A stretch of DNA of 59,052 bases, the filler included, from Sphacelaria rigidula (Eukaryota), in assembly GCA_964200075.2 (NCBI GenBank). It is 7 parts of 7 records of this genome, joined end to end, with 100 filler letters (N's around TTAATTAATTAA, not from the genome) between each part and the next. Parts side by side here need not be neighbours in the genome. Positions count along the whole stretch, not along the records: positions 33,804 to 42,153 come from CAXNAA020011432.1; positions 42,254 to 50,603 come from CAXNAA020011433.1; 5 more parts are not named here. One strand, given 5' to 3'. Below the pieces are notes generated by a model. It did no database searches. It saw only the letters and a program-made list of their open reading frames with translations, and was not told the origin of the DNA. Of this stretch, positions 38,900 to 49,899 are shown one piece after another (positions within the stretch are counted from its first letter, which is position 1; each line of letters opens with the position of its first letter). The translations under genes were made by a program, and so were the position numbers.

Positions 38900-39250
38900 C
38901 ACTACAGAAATAGTAGTTGTAGTACTGACAGTACCAATCGCTCCCGATGGCGGACGGGAGCTCGGCACAGCAGAATGCTATGCACTGCTTGCAGTATTGT
39001 GAAGTGGTCACCCTTTTTCGAACGATGCGGTCCCGAAGACGGCATTGTTCTCTCCGTCAGCCTTGAAGTTGACCTTCACGACGCACAACTTCATGCCAGC
39101 CACATCCGTCTAATCTGTCCCACGAAGGCGTGCGGAGATATTCATTACTCCAGAGAGGAAGCACTGAGGTATTTGAAAATACACGTCAGTGTGGAAGATC
39201 GGTATCGATTTGCGAAAAATATCGCAATTGAACTCTCACTCACCACCACG
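38900..39250 (-). pseudogene. Possible piggyBac transposase C-terminal Cys-rich domain remnant
   Basis: RREQCRLRDRIVRKRVTTSQYCKQCIAFCC resembles the C-x2-C..T-x-Y-C-x2-C-x-C pattern; stops present. Confidence 0.35.
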
Positions 39251-40619
39251 CGATGATTGTTTGAGGGGGGGAGGGGCGTACTCATTTGTTGCTTGCCTTA
39301 GGCAAAGTGTTGGGGCGGGGCGGGGGAGTTGTTGCGGATTCCGCAATAACCGGTCCGCGGCGGCGTGCCCTCAAGCGTCCGGTAGCCCGGCTTCGAACGA
39401 CGATTACTATACTCCCTACCCACCGCGATTTCTATTTTTCATTCTCTTGAAGGAAGAAGAAGACCTGACCCAATGCTTACCCCGCGAGTGGGTTCGTGTG
39501 GCGATTACCCGGAGGCTCGGCTAGACTGGCTGGCGGTAGTCATGGGGGGTAGGCGCCTCGAGCGTTCGCAACCTTTGCTCAAGGCGGTGTTGGGGTCCGG
39601 CCCACTGAAGCCCCATATGTCAACTTGGTGCAGTTCACACGCCGCCCTACTATCATGAGATTCGGCCGTAGGGACCGCCTCGAGTTGTTGAGAAACCGAA
39701 GAGATTGGGCTATTTGTCTTGTTGTGGCTAGTCGTGCTGTGAGTTCGCATACACAAGGATATCAGCTTTTTGTCGCCAGCAAAAGCGAATTGATTTTGAG
39801 TGTTCTGAACCAGCACGGAACGAGGTGTTAGCTTTAGTTCGTTCTCAATTCAAGATTAACCTGCTATTCGTGTAAGCAAGGTTGTGCCGTGCGTTGGTAC
39901 TGGCTGTGGCTAGCACCCCCGCAGTTGGTCTGCAGCTGACACCGTGCGTTTTTTTTTTCTTCCTTTTTTGGTACTGTACCCGCAAACTCCGAAGCCTGAA
40001 GAGCGAAAAAAAATCAGAAATCATCATGCTGGGGCATCGGCTGTTGTACTCTATTTATTCAAATCAAAGATAGCAAAAAAGCGCGGCGGAACCAAATTTG
40101 ATGACTTCTTGATGAATCAATTGGGGTTAAAAAATTACACGATGAGGCATATCCTGTTTCGGGTGCTCCTTTTACCTTACTGGCCACGAGGAGCAGCACG
40201 TGGTCGTGAAACACGGGACGTTCATTTTTGTAGAGCAGCCGCAATCCTCAGTTTTTTACCAGCCACGTGTCATTCTCCACTGTGTGGAGCTCGTTGCGTG
40301 TCTCCAAAAGCTTCGGTTGCGTTCGGCGGAATAACGCGGCAATATCACCACCTAACCCGGGGGGAAGATGTGCAAATATTTTTGCTCAAATAGCAACGCC
40401 CTACTTCCTTTTGGCCACGGTACTATGTGAACACGGGATTTTACAAATTGCGGGCGTTTATCTTTTATTGAGGATGAACCTCAGTAAGCTTCAGAAGCAT
40501 ATGGATATTTTCGGAATAAAAATACAAATGCACTCTCCGGCCGTGGTGTGTTGCCTTGCTCATTCTCAAAAAAATCTATTCATGCAATAATTTGTGAAAT
40601 CCCGTGTGTATACAAGAAC

Positions 40620-40782
40620 ATTTTCGACCTCGGTCTCCCAAGTGAAAGTTTTTTCTTCGTAATGTATGATTTCCACCGTGAAAAGCGTGAGAACGTGAGT
40701 AAATAAAGTAGTCGACCGGGTTTGTATGAGGTGAGTTGACGCGGTGCGGGAGTGCTGACCCAATCCGCGAGACCAAAATGTG
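40620..40782 (+). mobile_element. SINE body fragment
   Basis: Near-identical to positions 1-100 (GAGAACGTGAGTAAA.AAAGTAGTCGAC..GACCAAAATG). Confidence 0.7.
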
Positions 40783-41224
40783 AAAGTTTTTTCGTCGATT
40801 TTGTAACACCGACATCCATGTACAATAGACGGGATTTTTTTTTATGGCAAGGTCTTCGCAAGCATAAGGTTCTTCTCATGGTACAGGGTCTGACTTGCCG
40901 AAAAACACTAGGGGTTGGAGTTTGCGGAGTTCCATCCATTTTCGGTTGTTGATTATGTCCTTAGTCGGTGGCTCCGCCGTGCCCACTGGTGTGTGTCTGT
41001 ATCTACTCTGCTGCCATGAACCCCTTAGGCCTTTTTTTTCTTTTTCTTTTTTCTTCTTTTTTCCCATAGTTTCATTGTATTTCTTTTTTACCTGGTTTGT
41101 ACTTTCCTCTTGTTTTCCTTTTTCTTGCTTTAGGTCGGCCATTTCTTTCTGTGATTTGCTTGTGTTGACTTTTTATTACTTTTCTTGTCACGACTTGGTC
41201 TGCTATATTGTCCTGTTCGACCAC

Positions 41225-41780
41225 CAGACCACTGACCTCCCATCCGTACCAAGCCGGGACGGAGCACGTCGGGGTTCGTCGGACCAGACTCGCAATCGCC
41301 AAGCGCGAAGCTCCGTGACGTGTTTCGGCGAGTCGCATTAACGGTGACCTACATCCTGCTGAGATTGTTCCGCATGAAGCGTACTAATTATCTGGCATAC
41401 GAATGACAGCCTCGAATGAACTGCTTCATTTTTTGGCATTGCCACCTCCAGAGACAGCCATCCTTACAAACGCTGCCTGACGGGCGTCTCCCCATTCCAA
41501 CATCACGCAGTCCCACGGCTCCCTTTGCGAAGGGCTAAGGTTCTCCACCCCGCACAATATGATCCGACTCGACCACCATCCATGGTTACAACAAAAAACG
41601 CAAGTGGGGAAGGAAGCAGTAACCTGGTTGCCTAGCTTACGCAGTGAATGCCGTATTTTACAGCGTCGTCACCCGCCGACGCCAACCTTCAACGGACGGG
41701 GAGGGGGGGGGTACTCATTTGTTGCTTGGCCTAGTCGTCTGACCACTGACCACGCATCCCTTTCGAGACGGAGGGGGGGG
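41225..41780 (-). mobile_element. Family D copy (41225-41695) abutting a short family E 3' end (41711-41769)
   Basis: The D part is collinear with 9620-10090; the E part is flanked by GGAGGGGGGGG at 41700 and 41770. Confidence 0.7.
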
Positions 41781-42305
41781 AGGTGGGGGGGATTTTCCGG
41801 GGAGCAAGCAATCAGCGGGCAAATCCCCACCTACGGAGCTAAAATCGAAGCGGGAAATGTTTCCCAAAAACGCGATAAACAGCGCGTCACCTGTGCCTCA
41901 GACGAAAGCGGTGAAATGACACCGGCCAGAGAAATGATTGATTGATTGATCGATTGTCGCACTTCAACTAATCCCCCAGGGGTCCAGCTGTGGTCTCATG
42001 ATAGACGTACCCACGAAAAACGAAACCTAAACACGCTCTGAGGAAAAATGAACATAAAAGAAAAGAGGGGTCGCCGCCTGCGAGCCTGGGCCGGCGAAAA
42101 CCCGGCGTGCTCCGTCCCGGCTACGTAGGGATGCGAGGTCAATGGTCTTATGANNNNNNNNNNNNNNNNNNNNNNNNNNNNNNNNNNNNNNNNNNNNTTA
42201 ATTAATTAANNNNNNNNNNNNNNNNNNNNNNNNNNNNNNNNNNNNNNNNNNNNCGATCTCGTTGGATCACCGATTTTCAGATTTCCGGTCTTGCAGTTTT
42301 TAGCA

Positions 42306-42431
42306 CCTTTGGATTCCCCCAGGTTGAAGCTCTGCTCCCTGTTGTACCTTTGGATTCTCCCAGGTTGGAGCTCTGCTCCCTGTTGTACCTTTGGATTCTC
42401 CCAGGTTGAAGCCCTGCTCCTTGTTGTACCT
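42306..42431. repeat. Minisatellite, 3 x 41 bp
   Basis: CCTTTGGATTC(C/T)CCCAGGTTG(A/G)AGC(T/C)CTGCTCC(C/T)TGTTGTA at 42306, 42347 and 42388, with no spacers. Confidence 0.9.
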
Positions 42432-43357
42432 ACCTGTTTTCCCCCTTGACTTTTGCTACGACGCCCAAGCAATTTGTGCTTTTCCGTTGATCGCTAGCAC
42501 GCCGAAGCACTTCGTGCTTCCGCGTTTCGGAGGAATTTGTTTTTCTTCTCCTCGAAGCAGTCTATGCTTTCCTTCTTTTGAGGTGTGGGAGTAGGGTACA
42601 GGATTGTTGGTACGGGAATGCCAGGTACGGGAGTGTTCCTTTAGGTATGCTTTAGTCGCTTATAACTTCACGAGTGAAGAAAAACCTTAGTTTTCGCTGC
42701 TTTGGAGATAAATCCTCGCAGCTGTAATAAAGGGTTGCCTGAGTGGGTTAGTGTCATGGAGACGCATATTAGTCTGCTGATGCCGCTTCAGACCCGTTGT
42801 CGATTCTAGCCATGGCATGTTTTTGTTTCGGAGACTACAGGTCTGTTCAGAGTTGGTCGGATACGAATGTGAACCTGTATAATCACAGGGATGATACCGG
42901 CATTGTTCGCTGTAGCCACGAACGAACCCCCCCTCATGAGCACTATCAACTGCTCCCCTCTGCTAGCCAGCAAAAGGAAGTCTAGCCATCGGTGAGAGAT
43001 ATTGGCTGGTCTGGGTTGGATTGATTGAGTGGGTATCGGAGTTAGAATCAAGATAATTATGAGAGAAGTGAAGAACCTATTGCGTGAACGTCGGCTGATA
43101 TTTGGATACTGAGCAGGTGACACGGTATCTACAAGTTGTAACAGCCTGATGGTTGTACACTTGCCTGCCAAGCTTTTGCCTTGGGTTGCAAGCTGTGTCC
43201 TTGCATTATACTGCCGCTTGCTCCTTATCACAAGTTTTGTGTAATGCCTGTCGTCGAGTTTTTTATGGGCTCCCAACATTACCGTCTTCAGAGTTGTTTG
43301 CTGTGGGCTCTGAACGACGTCTGGTTCGCGATCATCGCATACTCGGGATTTGTTCCA

Positions 43358-43429
<72 letters not shown>

Positions 43430-43622
43430 CTTTTCATTAAAAACCGTTCCGATATCTGGCGTACACAAAACGGAAACTCGAGAGGAGGGATACAATGCAC
43501 GGAAGAGACGAGGAGAAAACACACGAGGTAAAGTGTCATGCAATCGTTGCACACCTGGGCCCAGATGGCGCAGGGAAGGACCCTAGGTGGTACGCCCTGC
43601 TCTCGGGAAGGATTGGGGGAGC

Positions 43623-43833
43623 TGTAATGCGTGAGAGGACCGCGTGCGTAGAGGACCGCGCCGTATATCAAAACACCTCCGGATCGACGTTTTTCAAAAC
43701 CAATCGGGCCAGCCGCTGCAGGTACCACGCTCCTGACTCTAACCCCAACACTAACCCTGACCCTAACCCTGACCATAAGGATGTTCAAATTCCGATGCGG
43801 TCCTCTAAGCACGTGGTTGTCTCACGCATTACA
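43623..43833 (+). mobile_element. TGT...ACA MITE with internal CCCTAA-type repeats (Ginger2/TDD-like)
   Basis: TIR TGTAATGCGTGAGA / TCTCACGCATTACA; 5-bp TSD GGAGC. Confidence 0.85.
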
Positions 43834-43870
43834 GGAGCTACAAAACTAGCAGCGCAAGGATCAACCCCCT

Positions 43871-44069
43871 TGTGATGCGTGAGAGGACCGCGCGCCTAGA
43901 GGACCGCGCCGTATATCAAAACACCTCAGGACCGACGTTCTTCAAAACCAATCGGGCCAGCCCCTGCAGGTACCACGAACCTGACTGTAACCCCAACACT
44001 AACGCTGAGCATAAGGATGTTCAAATTCCGATGCGGTCCTCTAAGTACGCGGTCCTCTCACGCGTTACA
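43871..44069 (+). mobile_element. Second copy of the TGT...ACA MITE
   Basis: TGTGATGCGTGAGAGGACCGCG ... CGCGGTCCTCTCACGCGTTACA; 5-bp TSD CCCCT. Confidence 0.85.
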
Positions 44070-44407
44070 CCCCTTGCAATTTCAGCGGGCGGGTCGTTGG
44101 AAGTCACAAGCAAGCGTTCAAGGTTTACGTCAGAGCTGAAGGGGAGGGAGCGTAGTTCGTTTCGGAAGCACTAATACGTGGCTAACGAGAACGGTCTGAG
44201 GAAAGGTTTTAAAGAGCGTAGCTTATCGGGCCGCCTTAACGGGGGAAGTGTTGACCAGCTCCGAAAAAAAGGACGGGTCAACAACCACGAATAGAAAGTC
44301 ACGGATTAGCCCGATAGCTTGCGCACCCACCGCGAAGAGATCGCTGCCGGGCAGAGTCAGTCGGTATTTCTTTTGTTTCGTTTCTCTTTTTGGATCGCTT
44401 TCGAGTA

Positions 44408-44519
44408 GAGTAATGCTACGGTAGGGGTGCACTTTTTTCGCGAAATTATGTCTGGTTCAGAGGCTCCTAACAATTCTAAGCTCAGAAATTATTTATGTAC
44501 CCCTACCGTAGCATCACTC
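44408..44519. mobile_element. 112-bp MITE with GAG...CTC ends and a 4-bp TSD (Sola-like)
   Basis: AGTA|GAGTAATGCTACGGTAGGGGT ... ACCCCTACCGTAGCATCACTC|AGTA. Confidence 0.75.
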
Positions 44520-44594
44520 AGTATTGGGTTGCTGTTTTGATTTTTTCCAAGTCTTGACCGTGCCTTTAAAAAACCCATAATTCTCGAGCCTTAA

Positions 44595-44691
44595 CCCTTA
44601 CACCGCGAGGTTAGTCTTTGTTGAATCGGCATCAATTTCAAGTGAAATGAAGTGTGCATGACCCAGACAGACTAATCTTGCGGTCTAAGGG
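44595..44691. mobile_element. 97-bp piggyBac-like MITE
   Basis: TTAA|CCCTTACACCGCGAGGTTAGTCT ... AGACTAATCTTGCGGTCTAAGGG|TTAA. Confidence 0.85.
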
Positions 44692-45725
44692 TTAAACAAA
44701 GCGCAACAATTAATCAATTAAATCAACATCCGAAATGTCAGCAAGGATATCAAACAACGGTCGTGCTGAGGGACGTTGACGGGATATTCTTGAAGATTTT
44801 TGTTCGCCTTTTTTTCCGATTTTTTCCGAAATTTCAGAACAAGAAAAAAATCTAACCTCAGGTTCTCCGAGCAGTATGTATTTGAGGTCAAGTTGTTCTA
44901 TTCCTTGACCTGGTGGAGAAATCAGGTGTCACATTTTTTGGCGAAGCTTTCATTCCCCGAAGATGTCGGAAAATCTGACAAGATACAGTACTCGTACAGC
45001 CCCGGTAACCCTTACACACCACGATGCGGGTAGTCCATCTGGATCATGCATACGTTTTCAAGTGAATATTTGTACCGATTCAGCAGGTGACCGCCTACCC
45101 TCGGGGTCAAACGGGTTCTTCTTTTGACTGCGAGGATAGGCGATCCGTTGAATGGACTTGATCATCCTTTCCCGACGTCCACCATGCCGATTCAGCAGAT
45201 CGCCTACCCTCGCGTCAAATTGTTGGCAATGCTTTTTTTTTCGGATTCCCCCGTGATGTGTGATGTGTTCTTCTGGTGCCGAGCATTTCACTATTGTTAT
45301 TATTACTGCGTCCACGCTGCTTCTAGCGGGGGCATCGCATGCTTTTGTGCACACAGAATAAAGCACCGTGCGCGTTCCTCCCCACATTTTCCCGGTTGGT
45401 GCTTGCGCGGTTGTGTCGGCGACCAATATGTACATATATATGTTTAATCGCACGTAATGACTGTACCTCTGGTGATGGGCGCAGGTGTACCGTGTTCCCG
45501 GGAGCTCTGGGTTCACGAAGAGAAAAGGCACTGCATGCCCGCCAAGTTGAATGCCACAACAAAGTACACGATTGTAGATAACGACACCAGTGCCACAAAT
45601 AAGACTGAATATTGATTTCCGTAGACGTATATATTACCATCGCGTGTTGTGGCACTCATCGTGTTGTTGTGGTGGTGCTTGGTTGAGCATCCAATCCAGG
45701 GACAGGTGCAATCTTCCGGTCCGCC

Positions 45726-45835
45726 TGTTAACGCGTGAGCGGACCGCGTGTCTCTTGGACGGCAGCGGACTTCAAGCACCCCTATGGCTTAGGAAGTTCG
45801 GGGTTAGGGTTAGGGTTAGGGTTAGGGTTAGGGCT
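45726..45835 (-). mobile_element. Diverged end of the TGT...ACA family containing perfect (TTAGGG)5
   Basis: TGTTAACGCGTGAGCGGACCGCGTG terminus; TTAGGG x5 at 45804-45833. Confidence 0.7.
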
Positions 45836-48003
45836 CGTGAAAGATGTGTAGACGATTGACAAAGCTGTGCACAACCGAAACAAAATCACCTCCACATCAG
45901 CGGTCTTGAGTCGGCCGAGACCATTTTCAACGCTCAGAATGCGTTCGAAACTTCGAGAGCTGCCCAGAAACTATCGCCAAGGCGGGGTTTCAGTCTTCGT
46001 TCTGCTTCGTTCATTCGTTGTTGTACAGTATGTAGGACCCCTGCGAACCCCGGATCGCACCAACGGCCCTGGATTTCGACCGAATTTCATATTTGCGTGC
46101 ACGGCAATCTGGATAAAAAAATGCCGGTGACGTGATGTGTTGAGCTGGTCTGGTTGCAGTTGGGTACCCCGAGATCGCCATATAACCACCTTGACCCGTA
46201 ATTCTCGTCATGCATGTGGAGGTGACGACAGGTTTGACCGATGCATATACTGTATACCGATTCATGATACACAGGAAAGTTCCATGGTTGCAAAATCATA
46301 CGACCGTGTGTAATGTGTGTCTCTCAGCGCTGTTGGAAAGTACGACGCGCATGTAGATGGCCTCTCGCCAAAGCCTGAATGGTCATGATGGCCTTGCTTT
46401 CCCGCTTAACGTCGGCACCAAGATGAGCTCCGTTCCCGGTGTAGCATGATGAGTTGTTATGCCCACAAGCACTTGCAAGTGTCAAGCAGCGCCGCATGGT
46501 GTTGACGTAAAGGCAATAGATGTGACCAGTCTGACCATCTGCTTGTTGCAAGACAACAAAGACGCCGTATTGGGCGAGAGCGGGTATGCCTGGATAGCCC
46601 CTACGTGTGCAAAACGTCGTTTGCATGAACTGAAATCCTCCTCCGCTGCACACCGATGTGCAGCAACATGACGATGCGATACCGGCACAGAAGTCAAGGC
46701 TGCCACCCTCAACGCAGCGCCAAACGGCACGTTAATTAATGAGCAGTCCGCAGATCCAGGGAGTCCTAAAATGCCGGTGATCTTGAGCCCAGACTACGGG
46801 AAAATCTCAAAGTAATCATATCAGTCGATCTCGGTCTCGGTGTTATGAACAGGCGTTCATGACAGTTGTCGTGGCAGTCTGACCGCAGATGACCGGCACG
46901 CCCTGATCGCCTTTGCGGACAAGATCGCCGCGCAAAATAGTTGGCCGCAGCAGGCTTGCTGGTTACACGTGAAATGATTTCATGTTTTCTCAAAATTCGA
47001 GCTGACTCTACTCATGCTAGAGTTCTGAAACTTCGGTAGGGAAACGTCCTGACCGGCATAAAAAGAACCTCCGCTATACTTGGTGAGTTCCCGGCATTGC
47101 GGGAAAAAAACATGCTCCTCTCTTCGCGCGCTTGGTGTTTCCTGAAGGGTCACGTGGCTGGGAATGATGTATCACTACAGAGAAACAGAGCGGCACCGAT
47201 TGCAACCCTTCGAACAGGGCTACCGGTATTATGGGTACATCGGCCTTACTGTACCGCGCCTGGGTCGGGTCCCTCGGGAGTCAGTTGTTGATATGCGACA
47301 ATCAAAGCAAAGAAATAATTATGAAACTGCAGGTTGCTCTCGGTATATTTCACACCTTGGACAACAGGTGGTTAATAGTTGCAATAGACAAGAAAAGTAC
47401 TGCATAAAGTATAGGCCTATTGCGACTATTTTCGGCCGGCAATGGTTGAAATAGGTCCATACTTCATGCACTGCACTTCTCGTCTATTGCATCTATTGAC
47501 CATATTTTATCCAGGGCGTGGTATATTTAGAACCCTGTTGTGAAATATACCTGGAAGCTCATGTGAGATGCTGATGCTTCTAAATGCTGCATGTTGCATG
47601 AGCAGACCGTGTGTCGCGGCAGAACTTCGAAGTATTCCAGAGAGGAGTTTTCGTTCTGGTAATAACGTAGGTCGTCGGCCAAATACGTTTTCTTTCTTGA
47701 CTCACGTTGTGTCATACATTATCCTCGATTTTCCCCGTTCTCATTCCAGTTGGGAGCTCGCCGAGGTGAGTAGGATACCCCGTCGGAATATTTGTGCTAG
47801 TCACGAGAAGCGCAGACGAGAGGTTCGTCATGTGCCGTTATTCGCACCAGCCCCGGCTAAGCGTTGGTCTATCTCAGCTGAGGGAGCAACTCCCGTTTCG
47901 CCACATCGCTCTCACTCATCTCAGCAACTGGACTTGCGGTGTCTCGCCGAAAAAAGACTCTGTCGGCAATCCCTCTCTCTCTCTTTGAAAGCTAGAGTCC
48001 ATC

Positions 48004-48088
48004 ATGAAGGTCAGCGGCAGGATGATGGTCGTCGTGCAGTTCTTGGCACTCATGCTGGCGGGCTCAGTGTCGGCTGAACACGGAGAAG
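48004..48088 (+). CDS. Exon 1 of an unknown secreted protein (MKVSGRMMVVVQFLALMLAGSVSAEHGE)
   Basis: ATC-ATG start context; signal peptide ending VSA; donor AAG|gtcagc, phase 1. Confidence 0.65.
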
Positions 48089-49116
48089 GTCAGCAGTCAT
48101 TGCGTAAAATGTTCTCGTGTGCGGTACGATTCATGGCAGAATGCTCCTCTTTAGCAGGCGGTGGGTGATGTTGTCACTGTGGTAGTGATACTTACAATAA
48201 GAGGGCGCCTCTTTGAAGCTGTTTTTTGCGCGGGTTTTGTTCGCATATGCAAGGATTGATTGCACCGCGGAATATCCCATCCCATGTTTGTTAGGTGGTC
48301 GGGGTGATGAAGCGGCCAGGGTTGCGGGGCCACACAACAAACAAGCAACTGCCTCCACGGTACATGTGTGCGAGATGGTGATTGTCGGAGATTTGATACG
48401 CCGTGATCTCTCATGTCAGGCTCGCCAGCAGTGTATTTGTTCAGAAAGCCACCATGATGAGCACACAGGGTGTTTGTGAACTGACACGCCGTGATTTGTC
48501 TTGCTAAGCCAACACGCGCTGAAATTCTCATTCATGGGACCATGAGCATAGATGTGCTCTGAACATATACTGGGGGTTTCCGCACTAACGCATCGAGTGA
48601 AGGTCATGCTGACTCAACAGATGACCTATACTTGCGGTCAACGGGTTGAGATTCGTTGAGTTGTAGTTCTGCCGAGTGCCATCTCATCGACGTATGACAA
48701 AATAGTGAAGTCAACATACGCCAAGGCGGGCTGGCATGCCGTACATCGACGTCCTGAACCACTCTGCATTGTGCAGCAGGAAGTTCACATGGTGACCCCC
48801 CCTCAGTCCGGAAGTTTTGAATCGCCTCGGAATGCACACACTCCAGGATCGACGTTTTCAAGACCACTTGAGCCAGTCCCTGCATGCACTGCGCTCCTGA
48901 CCCTATCCCTAAGTATAGGGGAGTTGAAACTCCGACGCGGTCCGAAACGCACGCGACCCTCCAACGCATGACACGGGTACTACTCCCCGAAAACTTGAGA
49001 AATAGTCGCGGTACATGGCTCTCCGTGGCATGGGTGATATTCTTGTCTAATGGCATATACATGCCATTGGAGGAACCATCTTGTAAAGTAGGGGTCGAAA
49101 TCTCGTATGTCGTATG

Positions 49117-49318
49117 TGTAATGCGTGAGAGGATCGCGAGCTTGGAGGATCGCGCCGTAGTTCAAAGCACGTCAGGATCGACGCTTTTCAAAACCGATCG
49201 GACCAGTCCCTGCGAGCCTAACCATAACACTAAAACTAACACTAACCCTAACCCTACTCATGGGGATGTTCAAATTCCGATGCGGTCCCCTGAGCATGCG
49301 GTCCTTTCACGCATTACA
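49117..49318 (+). mobile_element. TGT...ACA MITE copy in the intron (no matching TSD)
   Basis: TGTAATGCGTGAGAGGATCGCG ... GCGGTCCTTTCACGCATTACA, internal CTAACCCTAACCCTA. Confidence 0.8.
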
Positions 49319-49389
49319 GGAGCTTACCTACTATATCCCGCATGCACTATGGTTATCGCTCAATATCTTGCGATGGTTTGACTCTGCAG

Positions 49390-49469
49390 GTGAGACGTTC
49401 GAGATGGTCAACCAGGAAGACTCGGGCCCGACTGGAGCCCACCGCGGTCTCCGCCGCGATAGGCACAAG
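49390..49469 (+). CDS. Exon 2 of the secreted protein (GETFEMVNQEDSGPTGAHRGLRRDRHK)
   Basis: ctctgcag| acceptor, phase compatible with exon 1 (85+80 nt = 55 codons); AAG|gtgacg donor. Confidence 0.55.
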
Positions 49470-49727
49470 GTGACGACCTCTTGTATTACAGCAGTAGAGG
49501 TTTGGGTGTGTTCTGGGGGGTTGGAGTGATTCGGTTGCACAGCGTGTTCTGACCGCGCGCTTCGAGAACCACAACGGAGTGTGAATTATCCGGGACCGAC
49601 GTGTAAAGAGGACCGCCCGGGTCTACTGAAAGCAGTGGCCGCGCCCTGAGCACACCGTAGGCTCGTATTTATCGCACCAGGGGTAGCGAAGTCAGGCGAG
49701 ATGACTGAAGCAACACGACGGCAACGT

Positions 49728-49899
49728 TGTAATGCGTGAGAGGACCGCGTGCTCAAGAGATTTGAACATCCCTATGGTTAAGGTTAGGGTTAGGGTTAGG
49801 GTCAGGGTCATGATACCTCCAGGGACTGACCTGATTGATTTTGAAGAACGTCGATCCTGAGGTGTTTTGAACAACGGCGCGGTCCTCTCACGCATTACA
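49728..49899 (-). mobile_element. TGT...ACA MITE copy, inverted
   Basis: Perfect TIR TGTAATGCGTGAGAGGACCGCG; 4-bp TSD ACGT; internal TTAAGG(TTAGGG)3 TCAGGG. Confidence 0.85.

Noticed and set aside
42306-42431. CRISPR-like array
   Set aside because: Head-to-tail 41-bp units without spacers, eukaryotic context, no cas genes.
42806-43812. PolyQ/polyT/polyC/polyL/polyV ORFs
   Set aside because: Translations of a (TGT)n microsatellite.
45804-45833. True telomere or chromosome fusion site
   Set aside because: Only five units, internal, and embedded in a transposon-like terminus.
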